Part shown: positions 27,907 to 37,920 of the stretch, piece after piece
Layout: every line of letters begins with the position of its first letter
Position numbering within the stretch: the first letter of the stretch is position 1
Source of the DNA: Candidatus Woesearchaeota archaeon
Lineage (GTDB): Archaea > Nanobdellota > Nanobdellia > Pacearchaeales > GW2011-AR1
Assembly: GCA_964514585.1 (NCBI GenBank)
Contig: CAZETU010000005.1
Span: 10,904-74,903, forward strand
DNA length: 64,000 bases
Direction: 5' to 3'
Position numbers and translations under genes: made by a program
Notes under the pieces: generated by a model
What the model was told of the DNA's origin: nothing
Databases searched by the model: none
The model's input: only the letters and a program-made list of their open reading frames with translations

Positions 27907-28632
27907 TCATTCACCAGTTATCCCTTCAACCGTTTTATGCAAAACTTGTCTATCAACCGATTCCTGAGATTTCGCCTTCTTATCAGTTTTCTCCCGAATC
28001 CCAGAAAGAATCTTCTTCATAACCTGAGGAAAGAAAATAGCTAAAATAACACCAGCAATCACAATTCCCAAAATTCCAATCCAACCATAATCCCAAACAA
28101 AATTAAGAGTAGTATGGGAAAACCTTCCCAAATTCAAAGGAACCTTTAAAACCAAAATAAAAGCAAATAAAACCAACCCAATAATTTGAGCAATCGAAAG
28201 AGGTATTAAATCCAAGTTGTCAGTAGGGTTCCCCTTGACTTCTTTAAATGCAAAAACAACATCATAAATCATCTCTCCCACAACCCCATTCAAAGCCTGA
28301 GCCAAAAAGAACAGCCAAAAATAAAGCACAAAAGCAAACAACCAAGTAATCGAAGGCACCATTCCAAAAACCACTTTCAACCAAACCGCGTTCTCCTCAA
28401 GCCACATATTAATCGCATCAATCCGAATCTCAGCCTCAGACTTACCAAAAACCCTACTAGGGTCAAACTTCCCACTCTCTGGATCAATCGGAATCTTCTT
28501 CTTCATATCCTGCAACTTGTCATAATCTTCACTATCAACTCCAGTGTCAAGCGGCTTAATAGCAACAACAGTTACAAACATAAAAACAACAATCAACAAA
28601 ACCCACAACTTTTTCATAATTTCTTTAAGCAC
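27907..28632 (-). CDS. Signal-peptide-bearing multi-pass membrane protein
   Basis: MKKLWVLLIVV signal; ~4 TM; basic tail. Confidence 0.7.
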   Translation of the reverse strand: MLKEIMKKLWVLLIVVFMFVTVVAIKPLDTGVDSEDYDKLQDMKKKIPIDPESGKFDPSRVFGKSEAEIRIDAINMWLEENAVWLKVVFGMVPSITWLFAFVLYFWLFFLAQALNGVVGEMIYDVVFAFKEVKGNPTDNLDLIPLSIAQIIGLVLFAFILVLKVPLNLGRFSHTTLNFVWDYGWIGILGIVIAGVILAIFFPQVMKKILSGIREKTDKKAKSQESVDRQVLHKTVEGITGE

Positions 28633-28688
28633 CTCTAACTTTTAAATCTTGTGAGAAACTATTTAAACATCCCACGACTATAAACAAC

Positions 28689-29330
28689 ATGAAAAGAGGC
28701 CTCATAACACTAACCCTACTGTTCCTATTATTCAGTCCAATAGTCTTAGCAGCTAACGATACAGTAGATCAAACAAAAGAAAAACTAAGCGCACTAGCAG
28801 GCGGACTAGACGAACAAACAGAAGACATTTTAACAAAAGAAGCCCCAGTCCCCCCTGTCATAAGACCATTTCTCAAATTCATATTCGGAGTTGACGAAGG
28901 AGCAACTTGGCAAGAATTAATTGTAACGCTAGGAGTTTGGATAGGCTTCTTCATATTAATCTTAGGCATAACCGGATTTTTCCCATTTTTCAAAGAGGAT
29001 TTCGTAAAATTTTTAGTATCAATTATAATAACAACTCTAGTCTCAATCACAGGATCTCTAAACATTATGGCAACATTCTTCTTCGATGTAGCCGGCTTCT
29101 TCGAGTGGACAGCTTCATGGGGACCCCTACAAACAATAATAGCAATATTGTTAGCGGGATTAACAATCGCCGCAGTCAGTTGGTTTTCACGTAAGTTTAG
29201 AAATAAAATAAAAATTGGAAAAGCAGAAGAAACAGGAAGAAAATTAAAAGAAGGTTCTGAAGATGCAGAAATATTATCAGAAGGAGTTGAGAAAATAGCA
29301 AGTAAAGCATCAAGCAAAAAGCAATCGTAG
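28689..29330 (+). CDS. Signal-peptide-bearing multi-pass membrane protein
   Basis: MKRGLITL signal; ~3 TM; basic tail; TATA-like ~21 nt upstream. Confidence 0.7.
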   Translation: MKRGLITLTLLFLLFSPIVLAANDTVDQTKEKLSALAGGLDEQTEDILTKEAPVPPVIRPFLKFIFGVDEGATWQELIVTLGVWIGFFILILGITGFFPFFKEDFVKFLVSIIITTLVSITGSLNIMATFFFDVAGFFEWTASWGPLQTIIAILLAGLTIAAVSWFSRKFRNKIKIGKAEETGRKLKEGSEDAEILSEGVEKIASKASSKKQS

Positions 29331-29377
29331 TCAACTCAATAATGAGAAGCAAATAAAAGATTTAAAAATTAATTATC

Positions 29378-30229
29378 TTAATTCTTAAACCCAGCCACAT
29401 AATCTTCCTGATCTTCTTTAGAAAGTTTATCAAAAGCCGCCGCCGTCATATTTGAATAATCAATCGACTTATTAAGTTTACTAACTGCAGCCTGTTTTCT
29501 TTCTTTGTATTTAGCATGAAGGTATTTGGCAGCCAACCAAGTCCCTAATCCAAGTGCCCAAGCAAGTGATATGAGCACGGTTATTATATAAATATACCCA
29601 AGATTAGAACCTTCAGGAAGATTCAGCCATCTATACAAAAGATATACTGAAAACAAAATCATCAAAGGTTTATCTATAATTTTAGAAACTTCAGGATGAG
29701 ATTTTTTCAGTTCCCAACTAAAAACAAGTAATATTACTAAAGGAATAACAGAGGTTAAGGCAACTCCCAAAGCCTCATAGCTAGTTAAGATAGCCATCAC
29801 GTCAGCACTAGGTATAAAGATAAAAGAAAGTATTCCAACTATAATAGAAACACCCCATCTAGCAACATCTTTACCCTCTCCTTTTAGAAAAGGTAATTCA
29901 GATGCAACAGCATAAACCATTAAAATAACAAGAAGAATAAATAATATTCTAGCAAAAGAGGCCTTCGCAGAATCAGAAACACTAGAAAAACCACCAATAT
30001 TAATTTTTTCCAGAATTCTAGAACCAACTGTTCCGCCTCCACTCTCAGCAACATAATCAGCAGCTTCCTTTTCGGCAGTACTCTCATCCGCAGCAACAAC
30101 AAACCCGCTCATCAAACTAACTAAAAATAATCCCAAAATAACTAAAACAAAAACCTTACTCATTCCCCTCTTGTCTACAACCATAACAAACCCACACGAT
30201 AATTCTTTATAAATATTTCTAAACTCCAC
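29378..30229 (-). CDS. Multi-pass membrane protein (start probably near VDKRG|MSK)
   Basis: KRG|M class III-like signal; FARILFILL...PFLK...SIIVGILSFIFIP. Confidence 0.7.
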   Translation of the reverse strand: MEFRNIYKELSCGFVMVVDKRGMSKVFVLVILGLFLVSLMSGFVVAADESTAEKEAADYVAESGGGTVGSRILEKINIGGFSSVSDSAKASFARILFILLVILMVYAVASELPFLKGEGKDVARWGVSIIVGILSFIFIPSADVMAILTSYEALGVALTSVIPLVILLVFSWELKKSHPEVSKIIDKPLMILFSVYLLYRWLNLPEGSNLGYIYIITVLISLAWALGLGTWLAAKYLHAKYKERKQAAVSKLNKSIDYSNMTAAAFDKLSKEDQEDYVAGFKN

Positions 30230-30288
30230 AACAACATAGGTACCATGGAAAAGTCAATATACTTTATCACACAAGTCAAATGTATTAT

Positions 30289-30320
30289 ATAATTCCGAGA
30301 GTCGCGTCTCGCGGAATTAT
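30289..30320. repeat. Imperfect palindrome, copy 1
   Basis: ATAATTCCG-A-GAGTCGCGTCTC-G-CGGAATTAT. Confidence 0.8.
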
Positions 30321-30414
30321 GGACATGAGAAAGCAATAGCTTTCTCTTTAGTGAAAATCAAAGATTTTCAACATACAAACAAATCTTTAAAAAGTTCAAA
30401 CCTTTAACTCCTAT

Positions 30415-31185
30415 ATGAAAAAGACTCCAGGTGTATTTGCATTCTTATCAATTTTTTTAACTAGTCTCGTCACCGCCGGTCCAATTCAAGGCGTCCAACA
30501 ATTAGCAGATGGCTTCAGAGAAGTTCTTTATATTTTAATCAGATTCATCGGAGACGTAATCTGGGACATAAATTCCTTCGACGAATATCTCTTCGCAAGA
30601 CTCCTCCTTGCTCTAGTCATCTTCTTCGTAGTATATACAGTCCTAAGAAGAAACCAAATTTTCGGATCAAACAAAAACATAACAATCATCATAGCTGCCG
30701 CAGTAACAATCCTATCAGTAAAATATATCCCTACAAAATTTGTCGAAGTAATCCTATTACAATACAGCACATTCGCAGTCGCCATAACAACCCTCCTACC
30801 TCTCCTAATATTCTTCTTCTTCATCTACCAGTCCGGCTTCGGACCCTTCGGCAGAAAAACAGGTTGGCTCGTATACGGAATAATTTTAGTCTCACTCTAT
30901 TTATCCCGAGGAGAAAACCTAGGCGAAGCCCAATACGTTTATTATGCAGGAATAATAGCAGTCTTCATCTTCATTGTCTTTGATAAACTTATCGACGCCC
31001 AATTCAAGCAACACGGCAATAACGAACAAAAAAAGGTAATAAAAGACAAAATGAGAAGCCAGGCATTAAATGAATACAACGAACTCAAAGAAAATTATAA
31101 GAAGGGACATTATGCCGGCAGAGAAAGATTCTACGAAAAAAGAAAAAAACATTGGGAAAAAGTAATCAAAGAAAACACAGTATAA
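30415..31185 (+). CDS. Multi-pass membrane protein, paralog of 29378 ORF
   Basis: FARLLLALVIFFVVY...IIAAAVTILSVKYIP; AITTLLPLLI. Confidence 0.72.
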   Translation: MKKTPGVFAFLSIFLTSLVTAGPIQGVQQLADGFREVLYILIRFIGDVIWDINSFDEYLFARLLLALVIFFVVYTVLRRNQIFGSNKNITIIIAAAVTILSVKYIPTKFVEVILLQYSTFAVAITTLLPLLIFFFFIYQSGFGPFGRKTGWLVYGIILVSLYLSRGENLGEAQYVYYAGIIAVFIFIVFDKLIDAQFKQHGNNEQKKVIKDKMRSQALNEYNELKENYKKGHYAGRERFYEKRKKHWEKVIKENTV

Positions 31186-31266
31186 CTTTACCTAAATCAG
31201 TCTCACTTCTTTCTATATCCCCCTATCTTATCAAGAAGATTGAAACAAGAAGTTTATAACTAATAT

Positions 31267-32607
31267 TTAATATCTAGTAAATTCCCCAGCAAAAAACCCA
31301 GATATATCTAATGGTTGTTTTTCAGGCTTTGTGGTAGTATTCCCTGTCGGCCTGTTGACAACTTTATTATTTTTCTCATAAGTTTTCTTTATTTCTTTCA
31401 TAAGTTCCATCTTTTCTCCAATAGTAGTATCTCTTTTCTCCATCGGTTTAATAGTTACTTTCTTACTTGGTAAATAGGGCACATTATATGTACTAATAAA
31501 AGAATCCCTAACATATCCCCATGCATTTGCCGGGCCATTTTCAGCCACACTCTCCATATTTTCTCTAAAACCATTCTCTTGTGTTTCAATTTTTCTATAA
31601 ACCTCTTCCTCGGCATAACCCTTATACCATCTGCCATGTTTTTTTCTTTTTGCCCATATATCAGCCCATCCATATGCCTCTTCCTTGCTCATTCTCCCAT
31701 CCTTTTTCTCTAATTTCTCCACATAGGCAGGGACCTTCTTCTTATCCATTTCTCTAAAATTTCTTACATACACCGCTATCTCTTTTCGTGGCATACCTTT
31801 ATCTTTCGCCTCGAATACAAAGTCTTTTAATGTGTCTGTCTGTATATTGTATTTTTTTATTATTATCTTTGTTGGCATATCTTTCATATACCCATTATAA
31901 ACAACTTCATCTTCAACCTCTTGGCCCCCATCTTCTCTCCCCCCACTAGTTTCAATTTCATCAATCACCTCATTTACCTCCCTAATTTCTTCTTCTAAAT
32001 CATCTTGGCTGCCCCTATATTTCTGTCTCAAAGGACCAATTTTTTCAGAAGCTTCAGTCAAATATGCCATTAATCCTTCTCGAGATTTACATTCAGGTAA
32101 TCCAGAAACAAGAGCTCTATACGCTTCAGCCATCTCACTCCTACCCTCACGTTTCTTCCTAGCTCCTCCACTGACACCTTTTTCAACCTCGCCCTCTAAA
32201 CCCTTGCTTCGACCCTTAGACTTTTTCACATCAACACCCTTTCCTCTACTCTCATAAGCTTTTTCTTCCGTCTTATCTTTTCCAGTCTCTCCAGCCACCT
32301 CATAATCCATAACACTTTCATCTACAGTATGGTTAAAATCATCCTTAGGAAAAATTCTAAAATCATCCTTAGCCACAACCCTAAAATCATGTTCAGTCTT
32401 ATAAAAATCTACAACTCCATCAATCCCAACAATAGCCCCAAGCGCATAAGCAGCCAAAAATCCAATTTTCCCAAAAATCCCCTTAGAGCCAAAATCAACA
32501 GCAATCCTTTGCGAATCTTCTTGAGATCCAGAATAATAATCAAATCCAGCACTATAACCTTCATTAGTTCCCAACCGAGCATCAGCTACAATATCTCTCA
32601 ATGCCAT
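31267..32607 (-). CDS. Hypothetical protein (charged, one N-terminal hydrophobic segment)
   Basis: 446-aa ORF; no recognised motif. Confidence 0.6.
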   Translation of the reverse strand: MALRDIVADARLGTNEGYSAGFDYYSGSQEDSQRIAVDFGSKGIFGKIGFLAAYALGAIVGIDGVVDFYKTEHDFRVVAKDDFRIFPKDDFNHTVDESVMDYEVAGETGKDKTEEKAYESRGKGVDVKKSKGRSKGLEGEVEKGVSGGARKKREGRSEMAEAYRALVSGLPECKSREGLMAYLTEASEKIGPLRQKYRGSQDDLEEEIREVNEVIDEIETSGGREDGGQEVEDEVVYNGYMKDMPTKIIIKKYNIQTDTLKDFVFEAKDKGMPRKEIAVYVRNFREMDKKKVPAYVEKLEKKDGRMSKEEAYGWADIWAKRKKHGRWYKGYAEEEVYRKIETQENGFRENMESVAENGPANAWGYVRDSFISTYNVPYLPSKKVTIKPMEKRDTTIGEKMELMKEIKKTYEKNNKVVNRPTGNTTTKPEKQPLDISGFFAGEFTRY

Positions 32608-32768
32608 CTTACAACTTCAAATTTAACCCCATTTTCATAATTATATTATGCAAAAATACTATATAAATCTTTCTATATGTCGTCTCTAAGCGATAGTAAC
32701 AAAACCTATCAAATAGACAGAATTAACATTACACACTTTAAGTCAACACCAAAAAATAAACCCCAAAA

Positions 32769-33044
32769 TTAATCCTTCCGATACCCAACTATCATTCTCT
32801 TTTTTCCAACGCCTTCATAAATCGGAACTTCAGTTCTTCCCTTCGTTTTATCCTGCCTTCTTCGACCAGTTCCATCAGCCATAGTCAAAACAACTCCAAT
32901 CACAACACCAACAATTCCAGCTCCAGCAACATACGTCCCCATTATACCTTCCATCATAGCAATATTCAAACCCAAAGCATCAAATCCCAAGACCATTAAA
33001 ACAAGTCCACCAACCGCAAAAACATAACCAATACCTCTATTCAT
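32769..33044 (-). CDS. Small 2-TM protein
   Basis: Two TM and basic tail EVPIYEG. Confidence 0.6.
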   Translation of the reverse strand: MNRGIGYVFAVGGLVLMVLGFDALGLNIAMMEGIMGTYVAGAGIVGVVIGVVLTMADGTGRRRQDKTKGRTEVPIYEGVGKKRMIVGYRKD

Positions 33045-33133
33045 GAAATATACAAGATTTAATTATTTAAAAATCTTACCATCGCCCAGCACTTAGGCAA
33101 ATATTACCTTTATCTTGACAATTAAATGTATAA

Positions 33134-33167
33134 TATTTTTCCAGGAGTCGCGTCTCGTGGAAAAATA
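33134..33167. repeat. Imperfect palindrome, copy 2
   Basis: TATTTTTCCA-G-GAGTCGCGTCTC-G-TGGAAAAATA. Confidence 0.8.
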
Positions 33168-33259
33168 GATTTATAATTTTTCACAAGAAAAATTATACTT
33201 AATCTCTTGAAGAGATTAACCACAATAATATTTATAAACAAAGTAAGTTTCCAACAATC

Positions 33260-33445
33260 ATGAATAAATTCATCGGAATCTTAATCGGGTTGGTTCTTCT
33301 TTTAGTACCAATCTATGCATGGATCGTAGACTTTTGGGGCATCAGCACCGCAGCGCTAATCTTCTTCAAAGGCGGCCTAGCGTGGATGTTAATCCTTATC
33401 GGCGCAGTCTCTCTATTAGTCAGCTTAAGCAGTCTTAAAGAGTAA
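33260..33445 (+). CDS. Small 2-TM protein
   Basis: 61 aa hydrophobic hairpin; TATA-like TTTATAAA upstream. Confidence 0.6.
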   Translation: MNKFIGILIGLVLLLVPIYAWIVDFWGISTAALIFFKGGLAWMLILIGAVSLLVSLSSLKE

Positions 33446-33484
33446 TACAATAATTTCTTTAAACTCACAAGTCGATCTTCTAAA

Positions 33485-34684
33485 ATGGATAGCTTGTGCA
33501 TTAAGTGTAAAGGAAAAGGTCTCTGCGGAAAACCATGCGAAATCTTAAACAAATTCATAGATAATGCTCCAAAGCCAAAACTCCACTTCTCAGGAAAATC
33601 AGCACCAGAACTTTTCGTCGGCAGAATCGGTTATCCATTCGTCAACTCCGGAATCCTAGCCCCCTCAGAAAACGACAATATCTCAAATTTCGCAACAGCC
33701 GAAGAATGGTCAAAAAATAATTTCTCAGTAGCCAATGTCCTTCGACTCCGAGGTCAACTAATCTACGGCAAAGGCCAATCCCACATCAAAACCTCATCAA
33801 AACTAAAACAAGTAACCCAAGAACTAGCCCTCTCATCAAAACCAGTTTCAACAGAATTCTTCCTAAAGAAAAAGCCCACAATGAGTTTTACGCCAGACTC
33901 AGTCTTCCGACCAATGACAAACCCCGCCCCCATAAAAAAAGTCCTCCTCGAAGAAAACCCAACAGTTTCAAAAAAAGTCGACTACATAACTTCCGACTGC
34001 GACGTCACAGCAACCGACGCATTACAAGAACTCTATCAATCAAACACAAAAGTCGACCACCTCCAAAAACTCTTATCAATAGGACTCCTTGGTAAAAAAA
34101 TCCGAAGACGAATGGTCCCAACAAGATGGAGCATCACAGCAACCGACGACACAATCTCAAAACAACAACTAGAAAAAATAAGATACTATCCAGAAATAAA
34201 CCAAATAATTCTATTCTCAGGAAACTTCGTCGGCAACTACGTCGAAGCACTTCTTCTCCCAGGACATTTTTCATTCGAAGCAATCGAAGCATGGCTTCCA
34301 GGAGCAACCTACACAGGCGACACAGTCCAATTTTCCCAAGACTACGAAACTTTCAAAGGCCGAACAAAATACGCATTCAACGTCACTGGCGGCTACTACG
34401 CAATGCGACTCCCCTTAACAGAATACTTAAGCAAGATAAAACGCCAAGCAACTTCTCTAATCTTCAGAGAAATAAAACCAGAATACTACGCGCCCCTCGG
34501 AGTCGGAATAGTCAGAGAAGCAACAAGACGAGCTTTCAAAAACCAACCACAAAACTTCGACACAATCGAAGATGCCCTCAAAAACATACAAGGCAGAATT
34601 TCAGCCTCGACAGAAAAAATCAAAACTGAATCATGGATTCTAAACAACTACGGCAAACAAAAATCCCTCAAACAATTCTTCTAA
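33485..34684 (+). CDS. Nre-family archaeal DNA repair protein
   Basis: CIKCKGKGLCGKPC Zn motif, FVGRIGYP, VPTRWSITATD, GGYYA, PLGV..VRE, PIP box QKSLKQFF. Confidence 0.9.
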   Translation: MDSLCIKCKGKGLCGKPCEILNKFIDNAPKPKLHFSGKSAPELFVGRIGYPFVNSGILAPSENDNISNFATAEEWSKNNFSVANVLRLRGQLIYGKGQSHIKTSSKLKQVTQELALSSKPVSTEFFLKKKPTMSFTPDSVFRPMTNPAPIKKVLLEENPTVSKKVDYITSDCDVTATDALQELYQSNTKVDHLQKLLSIGLLGKKIRRRMVPTRWSITATDDTISKQQLEKIRYYPEINQIILFSGNFVGNYVEALLLPGHFSFEAIEAWLPGATYTGDTVQFSQDYETFKGRTKYAFNVTGGYYAMRLPLTEYLSKIKRQATSLIFREIKPEYYAPLGVGIVREATRRAFKNQPQNFDTIEDALKNIQGRISASTEKIKTESWILNNYGKQKSLKQFF

Positions 34685-34995
34685 TCACCTAAACCCCAGC
34701 TCCCATTTTCCAAACGATAACCATTATTTATCAAATATCTATGCACTTGCTCATAAGTCAATTCTGGAGATTCATTCCGCTTACATTTCCCAGTTATTAT
34801 TTTATACATTGTATTCATCTCAGAAGGAGATGTTCCATCTCTATCATCAGTATCAGCCAATTTTGCAATTTCAGAATAAGCCGCATCATATTTCGCCCTA
34901 TCATCGCCCCATTTCCGAATTCCATTCTTAACTCCCGTCGCACCAGCCAATACAATTACAGTAGCCACAAGAAGAGTCAAAGGTCGCTTTCCCAT
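34681..34995 (-). CDS. Hypothetical membrane-anchored protein with EF-hand-like loop
   Basis: N-terminal TM; ADTDDRDGTSPSE. Confidence 0.5.
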   Translation of the reverse strand: MGKRPLTLLVATVIVLAGATGVKNGIRKWGDDRAKYDAAYSEIAKLADTDDRDGTSPSEMNTMYKIITGKCKRNESPELTYEQVHRYLINNGYRLENGSWGLGD

Positions 34996-35027
34996 AAAAC
35001 ACCAAGGACAATTTTCTATATAAACAT

Positions 35028-36068
35028 TTAGATACTCTTCAGCGCCTTATCAATCTCAGAAAATAATTTCCCATAATTAGGATTATACTTCTTCAACTTC
35101 CCAAGATAAAAATTCAACTTCCCCAAAAATTTTCCAACATCCTTCTCACTCAACTCCTCAGTCCAATCTCCAAACCCAACCTTCTCCAAAAATACAGCGT
35201 TCATGATTTGTTCAATTTGCCCCAACAAAGGAATCGCTAAATAAGGTTTATTCAAATAAATAGCCTCACTCATCAAACTAAACCCCGCTGTCCCAATCAC
35301 ACATTTGCAATTTCCCAAATCCCTCAAAAAAGTTTCCCTCGTCCGAAACTCAATATTCCCAACGGTCTTCTTTATATTAAACCCATAAACAACAAACTTC
35401 TCATCGAACTTCCCCAAAACTTTCAAGCTACTCTTATCACTCTTAGAAAGATAAACCAAAATCGGACCACTAGTCTTCGGCTTCAATTTCTGCACCTCTC
35501 CCCTAACAATCGGCGGCACAATCACGCTATTCTTTTTCCGAGCTTTCAAATTAGCAAACGACGTCACAATAAATTTATCAGCCTTCCGAACAAAAGTCTT
35601 TATAGTTTCTTTAGTCAACAAAAATTCCTTCCGATATTTCCGCGGAACATCAACCTTAAAGTTCGTCAACAAATGCTGATTATCAATACTCACCAAGGGC
35701 AAACGATACCAACAACTTAAAATAGGCACCAACGGTTCCATATCAGAAATACACAAATCAGGCTGAAAATTCTTCATCATGCGATAAAATTTCCGCCACC
35801 CCAAAAAATTCTTAGGAAAACTTTTCACATTATACCTAAACGTCTTCTTCTTTTTCAAGCTCCCCTTTTCAAAAACCAAATTCAAACCATTAACTTTCAT
35901 ACAATCAAACTTATCTCTCAAAACATTCCAGCCGTCACCATAGGTCACAATCTTAACCCGATGCCCCCTGTTCTCAAGATACTTCGCAATAAGCAAGGCT
36001 CTAGAAGAATGACCAAATCCAACACCCGCAACACCATACAATATATTCATCTTAAACAGCCAACCCAA
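35028..36068 (-). CDS. MJ1255/VC2487-like glycosyltransferase
   Basis: ILYGVAGVGFGHSSRA, ISDMEP, IDNQH, GTAGFSLMSEA, GQIEQ. Confidence 0.82.
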   Translation of the reverse strand: MGWLFKMNILYGVAGVGFGHSSRALLIAKYLENRGHRVKIVTYGDGWNVLRDKFDCMKVNGLNLVFEKGSLKKKKTFRYNVKSFPKNFLGWRKFYRMMKNFQPDLCISDMEPLVPILSCWYRLPLVSIDNQHLLTNFKVDVPRKYRKEFLLTKETIKTFVRKADKFIVTSFANLKARKKNSVIVPPIVRGEVQKLKPKTSGPILVYLSKSDKSSLKVLGKFDEKFVVYGFNIKKTVGNIEFRTRETFLRDLGNCKCVIGTAGFSLMSEAIYLNKPYLAIPLLGQIEQIMNAVFLEKVGFGDWTEELSEKDVGKFLGKLNFYLGKLKKYNPNYGKLFSEIDKALKSI

Positions 36069-36633
36069 TTAAAACACCCTCAATAATCCCAGCAACCAAC
36101 AACAAAGGAAAAATAACAAAAACAAAAAACCTCAAACCCTCTCTAAAATTATACCTCAAATTTTTCTTAACATCTTTCCCAAACAGCCCAGTTCCAATCT
36201 TCAAACCAATTCCAATCGAGAAAAGAATCGCCGGCAATTCAAAAATTCCATGAGGGGCAAGTCGCCATAAAACCAACATCCCACCTTCGTTTACAACCTC
36301 TCTAGAAACAAACCCAAGCAAATACCCATTAATAATCCCAGTCACCAAAGGAAAAATCCCAGCACCAATCCCAAGAATCATCGCAAAAAAACTCGCCCTC
36401 AAATTATTAAAGAAAATAAAAATTACAATCTCAAAAGAACTCTTCCCCTCAAGCATCGCAACCATCTCCTTCATGAATCCAAAAATCTCACCTCGCCAAA
36501 ACACAGGAAAAGCAAACCCTACCAAAAACATCAAAGCAAAAATCCCAAGCGAAAAAACAATATGCCAACGAGACTGAACAAAAAATTTCCAACACGCCGA
36601 ATAATTCCTAGCAAAAAATCCCTTCTTCTTCAT
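36052..36633 (-). CDS. Stage II sporulation protein M (SpoIIM)-like membrane protein
   Basis: IFFNN, NGYLLG, PHGIFELPA, AGIIEG. Confidence 0.85.
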   Translation of the reverse strand: MKKKGFFARNYSACWKFFVQSRWHIVFSLGIFALMFLVGFAFPVFWRGEIFGFMKEMVAMLEGKSSFEIVIFIFFNNLRASFFAMILGIGAGIFPLVTGIINGYLLGFVSREVVNEGGMLVLWRLAPHGIFELPAILFSIGIGLKIGTGLFGKDVKKNLRYNFREGLRFFVFVIFPLLLVAGIIEGVLIGLAV

Positions 36634-36670
36634 CCCTAATCAAAACATTCAAGTCTTTTATATCTTATTA

Positions 36671-37222
36671 TCAAGCAACCATCTCGCCATAAACCATTCT
36701 CTTCATTTTTCTTCTGGCAGCATTTAGCCCACTTTTCACAGTCCCAAGAGAAAATTTTTCCAATTCAGAAATTTTACTATACCCCTTCCCTTGTACCGTA
36801 CTCATTAAAATTCTCCTCTGTTTATCAGGAAGATCGTCAATTAACCCAAGAGCCAGATCAATAGTATCCTTATCACCAACAACCTCAGTATGATTCCTAT
36901 CTCTAGATGGTACCTGTGAAAGAATATCAATCTCACTTCCATCCCCAAATTGATAGTTACCAGAAGAACCCACAGCAGAAACCTGTCTCTGTCTCCTTCT
37001 AATCTCATCAAGACACAAGTTTCGACACATAGTGGCCAAATAAGTAATAGCAGGTCGAGTAGTATCGTAAGTAGTATTATTAAGTGCTCTCACATAAGTA
37101 TTTTGACAAACATCCCTAGCATCCTCATCATTAAATCCAAAACTCCTAGCCACACCCATAAGCCTCAGTCTAACAATGTCTATATTCTTCTCTAAATAAT
37201 CAGCTAGTTTATTTTCTCCCAT
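36671..37222 (-). CDS. ECF-type sigma-70 family factor
   Basis: sigma2 DARDVCQNTYVRAL...MCRNLCLDEIRRR; sigma4 LPDKQRRIL...YSKIS...SLGTVKSGLNAARRKM. Confidence 0.85.
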   Translation of the reverse strand: MGENKLADYLEKNIDIVRLRLMGVARSFGFNDEDARDVCQNTYVRALNNTTYDTTRPAITYLATMCRNLCLDEIRRRQRQVSAVGSSGNYQFGDGSEIDILSQVPSRDRNHTEVVGDKDTIDLALGLIDDLPDKQRRILMSTVQGKGYSKISELEKFSLGTVKSGLNAARRKMKRMVYGEMVA

Positions 37223-37273
37223 ACAAAAACTCCATAAAAAACCCTTTAATACTTATCGTTATCAGAGTGAGCA

Positions 37274-37918
37274 CTACTTAGAAAAATATTTACTAATCAT
37301 CTGCGTCTTCCTCGGATACTTCTTCTTAAGATAAAACCCATAGCCAACTCCAACAATCAAACCACCAAGATGAGCAATATTCCCAATAGGAAGACCAAGC
37401 CCAATCGAAAGAGCCCAAAGTGCAACCATCAAAAATACCATCGCAGCCCACATCGGCATAGGTATAACAAAGAAAACCAAAACTGGTAACCGTGGAGTTA
37501 AAACTGCCAAAAGTCCACCAAGTCCAAAAATCGCACCCGAAGCACCAACGGCATAAACATTTAAATCAATCCCAGTCAAACCAGCAATCGCCACAAAAAA
37601 CAAACCAGCAAAAAGCCCAGCCCCAAAATAAATAGCCAAAAATCTCTTCTTCCCAACAAGTCTCTCAACAAAACTTCCAATGAACATCAACGAAATCATA
37701 TTCACAAACAAGTGCCCAATCCCCGCGTGCATAAACATGCTCGTAACAAAAGTCCAAAGAGCATGACCAGCCAAAATCATCGAAGGCTGTAAAGCAATCA
37801 AAGAAATCGCTCGACTCTCATCCATAACATTCATTAAAATCAAAAACAAAACAAAAGCTATAACATTCACACCAATAATAATCCCAGTATAGCTAGAAAA
37901 GATACTCTTATTTTTCAT
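37274..37918 (-). CDS. Rhomboid intramembrane serine protease
   Basis: TSMFMH, HLFVNM, GASGAIFG, AHLGG. Confidence 0.92.
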   Translation of the reverse strand: MKNKSIFSSYTGIIIGVNVIAFVLFLILMNVMDESRAISLIALQPSMILAGHALWTFVTSMFMHAGIGHLFVNMISLMFIGSFVERLVGKKRFLAIYFGAGLFAGLFFVAIAGLTGIDLNVYAVGASGAIFGLGGLLAVLTPRLPVLVFFVIPMPMWAAMVFLMVALWALSIGLGLPIGNIAHLGGLIVGVGYGFYLKKKYPRKTQMISKYFSK

Positions 37919-37920
37919 GA

